Positions 22,461-32,024 of a stretch of 64,000 nt of DNA are shown here, in pieces. The notes below the pieces were generated by a model. That model worked only from the letters and a program-made list of their open reading frames with translations. It was not told where the DNA came from and made no database searches. The translations under genes were made by a program, and so were the position numbers. Positions within the stretch are counted from its first letter, which is position 1. Every line of letters begins with the position of its first letter. Origin of the DNA: Micavibrio sp. UBA2400 (GTDB taxonomy: Bacteria > Pseudomonadota > Alphaproteobacteria > UBA2400); contig DDSC01000005.1 in NCBI GenBank assembly GCA_002343265.1, forward strand, positions 40,596 through 104,595, in the 5' to 3' direction.

Positions 22461-22544
22461 AACAGTGCGGCAAGCTGTCTAAAACTCTGGCGCGTTGGCG
22501 CAAAACTGCCTATAACAGGCCCCGTCAATTGAGGAGGTATTGCA

Positions 22545-23945
22545 ATGCTCAAGGGTCTGCGCCCGCTCGTCATGTCCGGTCAGGAGGTTCTGCCGCTGGT
22601 CGAAGGTGGCAAGGGCATTTCCGTGTCCACCGGCGAGTGCTCGGGCGCGTGGGCCGCGGCGGGGGGCATCGGCACCTTCTCGGGCGTCAATGCCGACTAT
22701 ACCGACGATAACGGCAACATCGTGCCGCAGATTTACCATGGCAAAACCCGTAGCGAACGGCATGAGGAGCTGCTGGCCTTCTCCATCAAGGGTGGCATCC
22801 ATCAGGCTCGCCGTGCTCATGATATTTCAGGCGGCAAAGGCCGTATCCACATGAATGTGCTGTGGGAGATGGGTGGCTGCGAGCGCGTGTTGCATGGGGT
22901 GTTGGAGGGTGCCAAAGGGCTGGTGCACGGTGTAACCTGCGGTGCGGGCATGCCCTATAAGGTGGCCGAGATTGCCTCCTCTTATGGCGCATATTACTAC
23001 CCCATCGTTTCTTCTGCCCGTGCCTTCCGCGCTCTGTGGATGCGGGCATATAAGAAGTTCCCCGAGTGGCTGGGTGGCGTGGTCTATGAAGACCCGTGGC
23101 TGGCCGGTGGCCATAACGGTCTGTCCAACTCGGAAGACCCGGAAAAGCCGGAAGACCCGTACCCGCGCGTGCGCGATCTGCGCAAGCAGATGAATGAGTT
23201 CGGTCTGGACAAGATCCCCATCGTTATGGCTGGCGGTGTGTGGTGGATCAAGGAATGGACGCATTTTCTCGATAATCCCGAGATCGGCCCGGTCGCGTTC
23301 CAGTTTGGCACCCGCCCGCTCCTGACCAAGGAAAGCCCGATTTCGGACGCGTGGAAGCACAAGCTGCTCACGCTCAAGAAGGGCGATATCTATCTGCAGC
23401 GCTTCTCCCCCACGGGCTTCTACTCCTCCGCCGTCAAGAACCCGTTCCTCAAGGAGCTGACCGAGCGCTCCGAGCGGCAGATTCCGTATTCGGCCGAAGC
23501 GGTGGGCCAGCATACGGCCGAGCTGCTGGTGGGCCCGCGCAAGCGCCCGGTCTATGTGACGCCGGCCGACAAGCTGCGCGCCGAAGCATGGATCGCCCAT
23601 GGCTTTACGCAAGAAATGAAAACGCCGGACAATACGCTCATTTTTGTTACGCCGGAACGCGGCGCCATGATCCTGAAAGATCAGGTTGATTGTATGGGGT
23701 GTCTGTCCGCCTGTATGTTCTCCAACTGGAGCCAGCATGAGGGCAATACCACCGGCAAGAAGGCTGATCCACGCTCCTTCTGCATCCAGAAGACCCTGCA
23801 GAACATTGCCCACAGCGACAATTGCGAGGATGAGCTGATGTTCGCCGGGCACAATGCCTATCGCTTTGCCAATGACCCGTGGTATGCCAATGGCTTTATC
23901 CCCACCGTCAAGCAATTAGTCGAGCGCATCGCGAGCGGCGAATAG
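22545..23945 (+). CDS. nitronate monooxygenase / 2-nitropropane dioxygenase family flavin oxidoreductase
   Basis: PLVEGGKG, TCGAGMP, EDPWLAGGHNG, AFQFGTR. Confidence 0.85.
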   Translation: MLKGLRPLVMSGQEVLPLVEGGKGISVSTGECSGAWAAAGGIGTFSGVNADYTDDNGNIVPQIYHGKTRSERHEELLAFSIKGGIHQARRAHDISGGKGRIHMNVLWEMGGCERVLHGVLEGAKGLVHGVTCGAGMPYKVAEIASSYGAYYYPIVSSARAFRALWMRAYKKFPEWLGGVVYEDPWLAGGHNGLSNSEDPEKPEDPYPRVRDLRKQMNEFGLDKIPIVMAGGVWWIKEWTHFLDNPEIGPVAFQFGTRPLLTKESPISDAWKHKLLTLKKGDIYLQRFSPTGFYSSAVKNPFLKELTERSERQIPYSAEAVGQHTAELLVGPRKRPVYVTPADKLRAEAWIAHGFTQEMKTPDNTLIFVTPERGAMILKDQVDCMGCLSACMFSNWSQHEGNTTGKKADPRSFCIQKTLQNIAHSDNCEDELMFAGHNAYRFANDPWYANGFIPTVKQLVERIASGE

Positions 23946-24082
23946 ATTCTTTCTAACCAACTGTTTAATAATATGTTTTTGTATTTTTGCCGGTGATTTG
24001 CCGTAAAGTTTAGGCGAAGTCTTTGGCAAAGCTTAAACTTTGTTTGCTATGTTAACCCTAGCCATTGGCGGGGGAGACAGAC

Positions 24083-25765
24083 GTGGGCCTGAGTAAAAAT
24101 TTTTCGCGTACTGCCGCCTCGCTTGGGACAGCCGGGGCGATCCATCTGGTGGCCTCGGCGGCGGGTGTTCCCCCATTTATTTCAGGGGTTGCGGCAGGTG
24201 CTGAACTCGCCCGCATGGCGCTGGGCTTTGTGTCGCCCTATGCCTTGGGAAATTTCCGCGCCTATGGTCCGGATGCGGCCGACAATGCCAGCCGCAATGG
24301 CGATCTTTCGCCCACGTCCATGGCCCGCCTGATTTCCCACCGTGATGATGGCAGTGGCCGTGCCTTGACGGCAAACGATTACCTCGCCCGCTTCATTTCG
24401 CCCGAACAGGAAAAGCGCTCGCCGGACATCATGGTGCCCGGCGGAGCTGCCAGCCTGCTCCAGAACCGCGGCACCTTTGATCGCTTTGTGGCACCGGGGC
24501 AGGAGCGTCGCGCGCTCGACAGTGCCTATGACTATGGCCGCATCCGCGCCGAGATCGATACACTGGCGGATCGGCACCGTGATTACAGCGGACTGGATAA
24601 GCCGACCGACCCTCAGGCAGGTCTGCCCCTTCAAACCATTCGCGACCGGGAAGGGCGTATTCTCATGCAGGGCGCGGCGGTATCGCCTGAAGCGCTGATC
24701 GCTCAGAAGCTGAAGGAAGCGGAGACCACCACCGATCCCACCAAGAAAGTGGTGAATCTGGCAGGGGCTGACCTTGAAGGGATGAGCTTCAAGGGCTTCA
24801 AGTTCACCAATGTCGACCTGCGCGGCGCCAACATGGCCAAGTGCGAGATCGAAGACTGCAAGTTCGAAAATGTCGATGCCGAAGGGTTGAACCTCAAAGG
24901 GGCGCGGCTACGCAACTCACATTTCGAGAACGTCAATCTCAATGGCTTTATTGGTGATGATAAAACCAAGTTCCAGAACTGCACGATGCTCAACGTACAT
25001 ATGGCCGGGGCCGAGGCGCCGGGCGTTAAGTTTGAAGGCATCCGCGCCGAGAATCTCAACATCGCGAATGCCGATTTTAGCGGCAGCTCTTGGACGGATA
25101 TACAGGTGCATAATATGTGGGCGCGTGGAGCCAAGCTTGAGGGAGCCAAGCTGGGTGACTTCCATGTCGCTGGGCCGGATAGCAATTTTGATGATGTAAA
25201 AATGAATGGCGCGCAGGTGAATGACGCCAGTTTTGGTCGCCCCGGTCAGGGCCTGAGTATGCGCAACCTGCAAGCGGCTAACAGTACGTGGAGTAATGTT
25301 CAGTTTAATGCCGCCGATTTGAGCGGAGCCAACTTTACCAATGTGTGGTTCCGGCACGGCGTGGATATGCGTGACGTTATTACGCCACAAGGCCCGATGA
25401 ATATGGATGGCGCCAATCTCACTGGCCTGATCGCCGGGCCGCAGGCCAAGATTGCTGCGGCCAGTCTGACCTATGGTGAAGGTGCCAATCAGGTCATGAT
25501 GCGTACACAAGGTGGCGCACCAATGATTTTTGACGGCACCGGACAGATCGAGAATTTGTACAAGGTCGCCCGCACCAATAACCTGAGCTATATTCACATC
25601 CGCGAGGTTGATGGTATCGCGATCGACCCCGTGACAGGGAAGGAGCTGAGCGAACAAATTTCGGCTCCGGGTCTCGTGCAGCACCGTCGTGCTCCCAAGC
25701 CGACCATGGCCGGCCCGGCGCCCCCATCACCGTTTGGTCGGAAGAAAGACACCCCGTGGGGTTAG
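24083..25765 (+). CDS. pentapeptide-repeat protein
   Basis: A(D/N)LxG-type repeats (NLAGADLEG, DLRGANMA, DLSGANFT); GTG after GGGAGA. Confidence 0.8.
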   Translation: MGLSKNFSRTAASLGTAGAIHLVASAAGVPPFISGVAAGAELARMALGFVSPYALGNFRAYGPDAADNASRNGDLSPTSMARLISHRDDGSGRALTANDYLARFISPEQEKRSPDIMVPGGAASLLQNRGTFDRFVAPGQERRALDSAYDYGRIRAEIDTLADRHRDYSGLDKPTDPQAGLPLQTIRDREGRILMQGAAVSPEALIAQKLKEAETTTDPTKKVVNLAGADLEGMSFKGFKFTNVDLRGANMAKCEIEDCKFENVDAEGLNLKGARLRNSHFENVNLNGFIGDDKTKFQNCTMLNVHMAGAEAPGVKFEGIRAENLNIANADFSGSSWTDIQVHNMWARGAKLEGAKLGDFHVAGPDSNFDDVKMNGAQVNDASFGRPGQGLSMRNLQAANSTWSNVQFNAADLSGANFTNVWFRHGVDMRDVITPQGPMNMDGANLTGLIAGPQAKIAAASLTYGEGANQVMMRTQGGAPMIFDGTGQIENLYKVARTNNLSYIHIREVDGIAIDPVTGKELSEQISAPGLVQHRRAPKPTMAGPAPPSPFGRKKDTPWG

Positions 25766-26925
25766 GCGGCCAGTTCGGCAAGCAGGGCGTTTAGTTTCAA
25801 CCGCCCGTCTGCTGTGGCGCGTAGGTGGGTCGGTGTGAGCTCGACCAAGCCATGCTTTTGCAAGGTGGGCACTCTCTCCGCCCGCAGCAGGGTCTCTACA
25901 TCCGCGCCGAAGTCGCTCCTTAGTCGCGCCCGGCTGATGCCGCTATGCGTGCGCAGACCCATCAGCAGGAATTCATCAAGTTGTTCAGCGCGAGGGATCG
26001 GGGTCTGTTCGGTCACGCCGGTGCCATCTGCAGTAACACGTTTAAGCCATTCTTCGGGCGCACGGTGGGTGCGAGTGGCCAGCTTCTGCCCGCGCACGGT
26101 AACGCGACCATGCGCACCGGGACCAATCCCGATATAGTCGCCATAATACCAGTAGGTCAGGTTATGGCGGCATTCCTGTCCGGGTCGCGCATGATTGGAG
26201 ATCTCGTAGGCGGGCAGGCCCGCTTGCTCACACAGCTCTTGTGTTAGCTCATATAGCGCGGCACCGGTTTCCTCATCAGGAATGCGCAGGTCACCGCGTG
26301 CAAACAGCGTAGCAAACTGCGTCCCGGGCTCGATGGTCAGCTGATAGAGCGAGAGATGCGAGGCACCAAAACTGAGCGCCTCACTTAGTTCCTTGCGCCA
26401 GTCGGCAACCGATTGCTCGGGCCGGGCATAAATCAAGTCGAAGGAGAAACGCTCAAAATGCTGAGCGGCCAGCCCCACGGCGCGCCGGGCCTGCGTCACA
26501 TCATGCTGGCGACCAAGCATCTGCAGCGCCTCGGGCCGTAGCGCCTGTATGCCCACGCTTACGCGGTTCACGCCGGCCTGCCGGAAGGCGGCAAACTTGC
26601 CGGCTTCCACCGAGGTGGGGTTAGCTTCCAGTGTCACTTCCAGCGCGTCATCCGTGCGCCAGTGGCGTCGGGCGGCTTCGATCAGTGCGGCCACTGTATC
26701 GGGCGGCATCAGGGAGGGTGTACCACCGCCAAAGAAAATCGAGGTGAGGGTGCGCCCTTGCGTCTGTTCTCCCCAATGGGTCAGTTCACGCCGTAACGCA
26801 CTCTGCCAGGCCGCCGCATCAATACGTTCGCGCACATGGCTGTTAAAGTCGCAATAGGGGCACTTGGACAGGCAAAATGGCCAGTGAATATAAAGCCCGA
26901 AGCCGGGCGCGTCCGGCGTTACCAT
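25762..26925 (-). CDS. hemW: radical SAM heme chaperone HemW
   Basis: LYIHWPFCLSKCPYCDFNSH, FFGGGTPS; synteny with rdgB and rph. Confidence 0.93.
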   Translation of the reverse strand: MVTPDAPGFGLYIHWPFCLSKCPYCDFNSHVRERIDAAAWQSALRRELTHWGEQTQGRTLTSIFFGGGTPSLMPPDTVAALIEAARRHWRTDDALEVTLEANPTSVEAGKFAAFRQAGVNRVSVGIQALRPEALQMLGRQHDVTQARRAVGLAAQHFERFSFDLIYARPEQSVADWRKELSEALSFGASHLSLYQLTIEPGTQFATLFARGDLRIPDEETGAALYELTQELCEQAGLPAYEISNHARPGQECRHNLTYWYYGDYIGIGPGAHGRVTVRGQKLATRTHRAPEEWLKRVTADGTGVTEQTPIPRAEQLDEFLLMGLRTHSGISRARLRSDFGADVETLLRAERVPTLQKHGLVELTPTHLRATADGRLKLNALLAELAA

Positions 26926-27269
26926 TTATGAAAGATGAACCAGGCCCCAAGGGCAATCAGGGCAAAGCCAAGCGCATGGTTCCAACCCAGCTTCTCCCCC
27001 AGCACCGTCCAGCTGAAGATGGCAAAAACGATCAGGGTGATGATTTCCTGAATGGTTTTCAACTGCGCGGCGCTATAGACGCCATGCCCCATCCGATTGG
27101 CGGGAACCGCCAAGCAATACTCGACCAGAGCAATCAGCCAGCTGACCGCAATGACTGTGAGCAGCGGTGCCGTTTTATATTTCAGGTGGCCATACCAGGC
27201 TACCGTCATGAAGATATTGGAAAAGACCAGCAGAACAACGGGCAGCCAGTGGGCCGGGGTGAGGCTCAT
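26919..27269 (-). CDS. DMT-family membrane protein (DUF486-like)
   Basis: SNIFMTVAWYGHLK, VPANRMG, QLKTIQE; 4 TM segments. Confidence 0.85.
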   Translation of the reverse strand: MSLTPAHWLPVVLLVFSNIFMTVAWYGHLKYKTAPLLTVIAVSWLIALVEYCLAVPANRMGHGVYSAAQLKTIQEIITLIVFAIFSWTVLGEKLGWNHALGFALIALGAWFIFHKW

Positions 27270-27856
27270 GTCGTCAGGGTCTCCAAACGGTTCAGCAGCA
27301 GTTTAAGCGCTTTGCCACGATGGGAAACCCCTGTTTTTTCGGTCTTGGTCATTTGCGCATAGGTGCGGCTTTCTCCATCGGGCTGGAAAATCCCGTCATA
27401 GCCAAAGCCGTTCTCGCCGCGTGGCGGCCAGACAATAGTACCGCTGGTGCGCCCTTCAAAAAGCTCTTCCGCTCCATCGGGCCACACCAGCGCTAGTACA
27501 CATACGCAGTGTGCCGCCCTGTCCGGGTCGTCTTTCATGGCGCTGTGCAGCTCAGCCAGGCCTGCATGGCCGTGCTTGGTCCAGTTGGCGGTATCCACCC
27601 CCGGTGCGCCGTTCAGGGCGTTGATGCACAAGCCGCTATCATCTGCGAGCGCGGGCAGGCCACTCGCGCTACAAGCGGCACGGGCTTTAATCAGGGCATT
27701 AGCGGTAAAGCTGCCGCCATCTTCCACCGGTTCGGGCAGGCCCAGCTCACCCGCGCTGGTCACAACAAAACCCAGCGGCTCAAGCAGGGCCTTGATCTCG
27801 GCCAGCTTGCCCGCGTTGTGGGTGGCGAGAAGGAGGTGAGGAGGTGAGATGTTCAT
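27266..27856 (-). CDS. rdgB: non-canonical purine NTP pyrophosphatase RdgB/HAM1
   Basis: LATHNAGK, LADDSGL, GFGYD, SHRG. Confidence 0.95.
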   Translation of the reverse strand: MNISPPHLLLATHNAGKLAEIKALLEPLGFVVTSAGELGLPEPVEDGGSFTANALIKARAACSASGLPALADDSGLCINALNGAPGVDTANWTKHGHAGLAELHSAMKDDPDRAAHCVCVLALVWPDGAEELFEGRTSGTIVWPPRGENGFGYDGIFQPDGESRTYAQMTKTEKTGVSHRGKALKLLLNRLETLTT

Positions 27857-28541
27857 AAGGTTTTCCAGCCTTTTTTAACTTAACGGCATAGCAATAACGC
27901 ATCATATCCTTTAACGAGATTTCCCAGTATAGTATATCCCGCACAGGGCTATCTCGCGGAGGAAAAACGACAACTGTGTGATACTCATGCCCGTGCCACC
28001 TGCCCCAAAGATCGTCTTCATGCATTAGAGCATTCGGTGTTGCGTGAGGGATAAACCCGTGCCCAGACCGGGTTCTAAGGGAGCTTCTCGAGTCATGATA
28101 AACAAAGTGTTCCCGCGTAAAACCAGTTAATAAATGGGCGTGGGTATCCGTGCCTTCTTCCGTACAGCAGATAACAATGGCCTTCTGATCGCTCATCATT
28201 TTTTTAAGATCAGTGGGATGAAGCTGCCGTTTTAAAAGTACTCGTTTTAGGTCGATCTTACCTATTTGCCATACATTTCTGAACACACTTGTTGGTGTGG
28301 CAACGGAGCTGTATGTGCGCGTGAAGGCGGCGCTCGGTATTCCCATGGCGTTGAACATTAAGGCTGCTTCAAGAATAGTGATTCCTTGGCGATTTGACGC
28401 CTTGGCAACGCAGAGTTCTCTGGCCCGTAATGTTGTGTCCGGCTTGAACGTTTGCAGGACAGAAAGCATGGCTGACGCCATGCACTCGCCATCACGGTGT
28501 GTAGCGTTGGCAGGAAGGTTCTTGTTGAGAAAATAAGCCAT
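27780..28541 (-). CDS. putative papain-fold (C39-like) cysteine peptidase
   Basis: ECMASAM (Cys), THAHLLTGF (His), VYHDS (Asp) in C39 order; low GC. Confidence 0.55.
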   Translation of the reverse strand: MAYFLNKNLPANATHRDGECMASAMLSVLQTFKPDTTLRARELCVAKASNRQGITILEAALMFNAMGIPSAAFTRTYSSVATPTSVFRNVWQIGKIDLKRVLLKRQLHPTDLKKMMSDQKAIVICCTEEGTDTHAHLLTGFTREHFVYHDSRSSLRTRSGHGFIPHATPNALMHEDDLWGRWHGHEYHTVVVFPPRDSPVRDILYWEISLKDMMRYCYAVKLKKAGKPYEHLTSSPPSRHPQRGQAGRDQGPA

Positions 28542-28593
28542 GCTGGGAATTTAGAGAAATTCAGCACCCGAAAGCAAGCCGATAGCGCTGAAA

Positions 28594-29307
28594 TTAACCA
28601 ATTATCGCTTTTTGCAGTCGCGTTAACTCTGCCGTTCCGGCTTTGGCTTGGCGCAGTAGCTCAAGGAATTGTTCCTCGCTAAAGGGGGCTTCCTCGGCGG
28701 TGCCCTGCACTTCAATCAGTTTACCACTACCGGTAAAGACAAAGTTGGAATCGGCCCCGGCCTTGCTATCCTCGGCGTAATCGAGGTCGGTTACGCACTC
28801 CCCATTAAAAATGCCGCAGCTGATGGCGGCCACAGTATCGGTCAGCGGAATAGCCGGAATCACACCCAACGTTACTAGCTGCTTACAGGCCAGATGCAGG
28901 GCGATATAGCCGCCGGTAATGCTGGCGGTGCGGGTGCCGCCGTCAGCCTGAATCACATCGCAGTCCACTTTAATCTGCCGTTCGCCCAGTGCCTTGCGAT
29001 CGGTCACGGCGCGCAGGGCGCGGCCAATCAGGCGCTGAATCTCCTGCGTGCGGCCGCTTTGCTTGCCCTTGGCCGCTTCACGTTCGGTGCGCTCATGGGT
29101 GGCGCGGGGCAGCATCCCATATTCAGCCGTCACCCAGCCAAGGCCGGTATTGCGCAAAAAGGGTGGGGTCTTGTCCTCAATGCTGGCGGTGCACAGCACA
29201 TGGGTTTCGCCAAACTTCACCAGACACGAGCCTTCGGCGTAGCGGGAAAAACCGGGGGTGAAGCTGACGGGGCGAAGCTGGGTAGCAGTACGGCCGGACG
29301 GGCGCAT
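28594..29307 (-). CDS. rph: ribonuclease PH
   Basis: MRPSGR start, [25 protein letters not shown]. Confidence 0.97.
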   Translation of the reverse strand: MRPSGRTATQLRPVSFTPGFSRYAEGSCLVKFGETHVLCTASIEDKTPPFLRNTGLGWVTAEYGMLPRATHERTEREAAKGKQSGRTQEIQRLIGRALRAVTDRKALGERQIKVDCDVIQADGGTRTASITGGYIALHLACKQLVTLGVIPAIPLTDTVAAISCGIFNGECVTDLDYAEDSKAGADSNFVFTGSGKLIEVQGTAEEAPFSEEQFLELLRQAKAGTAELTRLQKAIIG

Positions 29308-29379
29308 GGGAGATTCTCCAAAGGACAGGCCTGCTTTATAGCGATTGCCGCGAGTAAAGCAAATCACTAGATTAAGGTC

Positions 29380-30432
29380 ATGATTTCCGAGCTGGATGCC
29401 CGCGCCCGCAGCATTTTTGCCAATCTGGTCGAGCTGTATCTCGAAACCGGTGAGCCGGTAGGCTCACGCACACTCGCCAGCCAGCTGGATAGGGCTGGCG
29501 TAGCCAGTCTGTCGCCCGCCTCCATTCGCAATGTCATGGCGGCGCTGGAGGCGAGCGGGTTGCTGTACGCACCGCATACTTCGGCGGGGCGGGTGCCGAC
29601 CGAGCTGGGTCTTAAGCTGTTCGTGGATGGTATTTTGCAACTGGGCGATCTCAGCGCGCAGGAGCGCACCGAGATTGAGGAACGCTGCCGAAGCTCAGGC
29701 AAGAGTCTTACAGCAGCCTTGGGCGAAGCGACCTCCATGCTCTCAGGCTTGTCGGCTACAGCGGCATTGCTGGCGGTACCGACGGTAGATCGCCCGCTTC
29801 GGCACATTGAGTTTGTGCCGCTGGCGGCTGGGCGGGCGCTGGTGGTGCTGGTCACCGATGACGGGCAGGTGGAAAACCGGGTGATTGATATTCCCCTTGG
29901 TGTCCCGGCGTCTACGCTGGTTATGGCCTCGAATTTTCTTGCTTCCCGGCTGGTTGGTCATACGTTGCAAGATGCGCATAAGCGTATAGAAGCTGAACTG
30001 GCGGCGCGCCGCCATGAGCTGGATGAGTTAACACAAAAAGTGATTTCTGCCGGGGTGGGGGTCTGGTCGGGAGCGGGTGGCGGCCAGTTGATCGTACGCG
30101 GGCAGGCGCAGCTACTTAATAATGTCACTGCGGTTGAAGACCTCGAGCAGCTACGCGGCCTGTTTGCTGCGCTTGAGACGGTCGAGAATATCGAGCGTCT
30201 GCTCGCCACCACCCGTACCGCCGAGGGGGTGAAGGTTTTTATTGGTGCCGAGAATGGTCTGTTTACCCATACCGGCTGTGCGCTGGTCGTTTCGCCGCTG
30301 GTGGGCAGTAATAATGCAGTGATTGGTGCCATTGGCGTCATTGGTCCCACCCGGCTGAATTATGGCCGGATTGTGCCGCTGGTTGATTATACCGCCCGTG
30401 CGCTACGTAAGGTTATCGGCGCGGATGAGTGA
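29380..30432 (+). CDS. hrcA: heat-inducible transcription repressor HrcA
   Basis: [35 protein letters not shown]. Confidence 0.97.
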   Translation: MISELDARARSIFANLVELYLETGEPVGSRTLASQLDRAGVASLSPASIRNVMAALEASGLLYAPHTSAGRVPTELGLKLFVDGILQLGDLSAQERTEIEERCRSSGKSLTAALGEATSMLSGLSATAALLAVPTVDRPLRHIEFVPLAAGRALVVLVTDDGQVENRVIDIPLGVPASTLVMASNFLASRLVGHTLQDAHKRIEAELAARRHELDELTQKVISAGVGVWSGAGGGQLIVRGQAQLLNNVTAVEDLEQLRGLFAALETVENIERLLATTRTAEGVKVFIGAENGLFTHTGCALVVSPLVGSNNAVIGAIGVIGPTRLNYGRIVPLVDYTARALRKVIGADE

Positions 30433-30435
30433 CCA

Positions 30436-30464
30436 CTTGCAAAATCCGGTAAAAAACGCCATCT
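30436..30464 (+). promoter_or_regulatory. RpoH (sigma32)-type promoter of grpE
   Basis: CTTG-N18-GCCATCT, ending 7 nt before the grpE ATG. Confidence 0.55.
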
Positions 30465-30471
30465 GTTAGCC

Positions 30472-31074
30472 ATGTTTGGACAGAAAAAAGACCCCGCATC
30501 TTCCGCTCCCGAAACCGCTGAGGCTCCAGCTGCTGATTCGGTTACCCCGCCGCCTGAGGCCCCCGCCACCGGGCCGTCGGCGCGTGAGGTCGAGCTTGAG
30601 GCACAGCTCGCCCAGTTTAAGGAAAGCACCATCCGCCAGCTGGCTGAGGCCGAAAATGCTCGCAAACGCGCCGAGCGCGAGATTGAGGATGCCCGCAAGT
30701 TTGCTGTCGCCAGTTTTGCGCGTGATCTGCTTGCGGTGGCTGATAACCTGCGCCGAGCTCTGGACGCGGTCCCGACCGAGAAGCGAGAGACTAGCCCCGA
30801 GATCAAGAATCTGCTGGTCGGGGTTGAGGCGACCGAGCGGCAGCTTATCGCCGCGTTTGAAAAATTCGGTGTGCAGGCGATTGCCGCCATGGGGCAGCCG
30901 TTTGACCCCAATTTCCACCAAGCCATGCAGGAAGTGGAGAGCAAGGACGCGCCCCCCGGTACCGTCATTCAAGTCTATCAGAGCGGCTTTACCATTGCCG
31001 ACCGTTTGTTGCGGCCAGCCCTAGTAGTGGTGGCCAAAGCCCCCAGCACCGGCGCGGTTGATACGAAGGCCTGA
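30472..31074 (+). CDS. grpE: nucleotide exchange factor GrpE
   Basis: AEAENARKR, FDPNFHQAM, RLLRPALVVV. Confidence 0.97.
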   Translation: MFGQKKDPASSAPETAEAPAADSVTPPPEAPATGPSAREVELEAQLAQFKESTIRQLAEAENARKRAEREIEDARKFAVASFARDLLAVADNLRRALDAVPTEKRETSPEIKNLLVGVEATERQLIAAFEKFGVQAIAAMGQPFDPNFHQAMQEVESKDAPPGTVIQVYQSGFTIADRLLRPALVVVAKAPSTGAVDTKA

Positions 31075-31830
31075 TTAATCGAGGGACGAACGTTTCTTCT
31101 CGCTGCGCCGAATTTCTGCCACACGTACCTTATGGCGCCACTGGGCCTGAGCTTCCTCAAGAGATTGCGGAAGGCCGTTCTTTTTGTAATACTCGAGTAG
31201 CGAAGCTTCGCCCTGCTCAGTCAGCGGCAGTTGGTTACGAGCAGCAAAAATACTGACTAGGCAGGCAGTTGCGACCACATCAAGGAGAACCGCCCAGATC
31301 AGCGTATGCGTCTTCTCTATCGAGCTTGCCATGCCGATCGCCGGTACGGCTAATGCCAGAGAGCCTGTCGCCGTACTCACGAGGATGGACCAGGGAAGTT
31401 TGTTGATTTCTTTTCGTTCTTCAAACAGGCCATAGCCATACTCCGCGTAGTGCTCTGGTGTAAAGCTGACCGGGGCCATAGAGCCGCAGCGGGCCAACTG
31501 GTATGCAACCTGGGCATCCTTTTGGATATCGTCGGTTAGCCCACGAATCTCGCGTTGCCAACGGCGGCGATTGCGCAGCGAACTTGCAGCCAGAGCCCCA
31601 TTCAGGACCGCACCCGCCAGCAAAGGAAAAGCGCTGCTCGGGCGCTCGCCGGTTCCGGCAAAGAGCGCAAAGACACACAGCAGTCCGGCGCTGGCACCGG
31701 ACAGGGCCGCACTCGCCTTGGCAATAAAACAGTTAAACGAGAGCTGACTGGCTTTGGCGTGCTCAAATACTCGTGCCGGGTGCGCCGCAAGTGGGTCAAG
31801 CAGAGGGGGTGGCGCGCTCGTGTCAGTCAT
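31075..31830 (-). CDS. hypothetical membrane protein (~4 TM) inserted antisense between grpE and dnaK
   Basis: two hydrophobic hairpins; TAGGCT -10-like element 5 nt before ATG 31830. Confidence 0.6.
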   Translation of the reverse strand: MTDTSAPPPLLDPLAAHPARVFEHAKASQLSFNCFIAKASAALSGASAGLLCVFALFAGTGERPSSAFPLLAGAVLNGALAASSLRNRRRWQREIRGLTDDIQKDAQVAYQLARCGSMAPVSFTPEHYAEYGYGLFEERKEINKLPWSILVSTATGSLALAVPAIGMASSIEKTHTLIWAVLLDVVATACLVSIFAARNQLPLTEQGEASLLEYYKKNGLPQSLEEAQAQWRHKVRVAEIRRSEKKRSSLD

Positions 31831-31895
31831 GGCGCAGCCTAACAAAAGCGGACCTACAAAAACAAGACAAAACCCGACTTTAGCCGGAATCCACC

Positions 31896-31924
31896 CTTGC
31901 GCCGGGGGGCAATCATGCCTACAT
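31896..31924 (+). promoter_or_regulatory. RpoH (sigma32)-type promoter of dnaK
   Basis: CTTG-N18-CCTACAT, close to the alphaproteobacterial CTTG-N17/18-CCTATAT consensus. Confidence 0.65.
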
Positions 31925-32024
31925 ACCAGAAGTCCCACGCGGGCTGGGTGCGGATGTTTTTCCAACCCATTGATATTTAATAATAAACCGTGCCTAACGG
32001 GGCGGTTGTTTGAAGGAGCAGAGC

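Noticed and set aside
24083-25765. Qnr-type quinolone resistance gene
   Set aside because: The protein is far longer and multi-domain. Pentapeptide repeats alone do not support a Qnr call.
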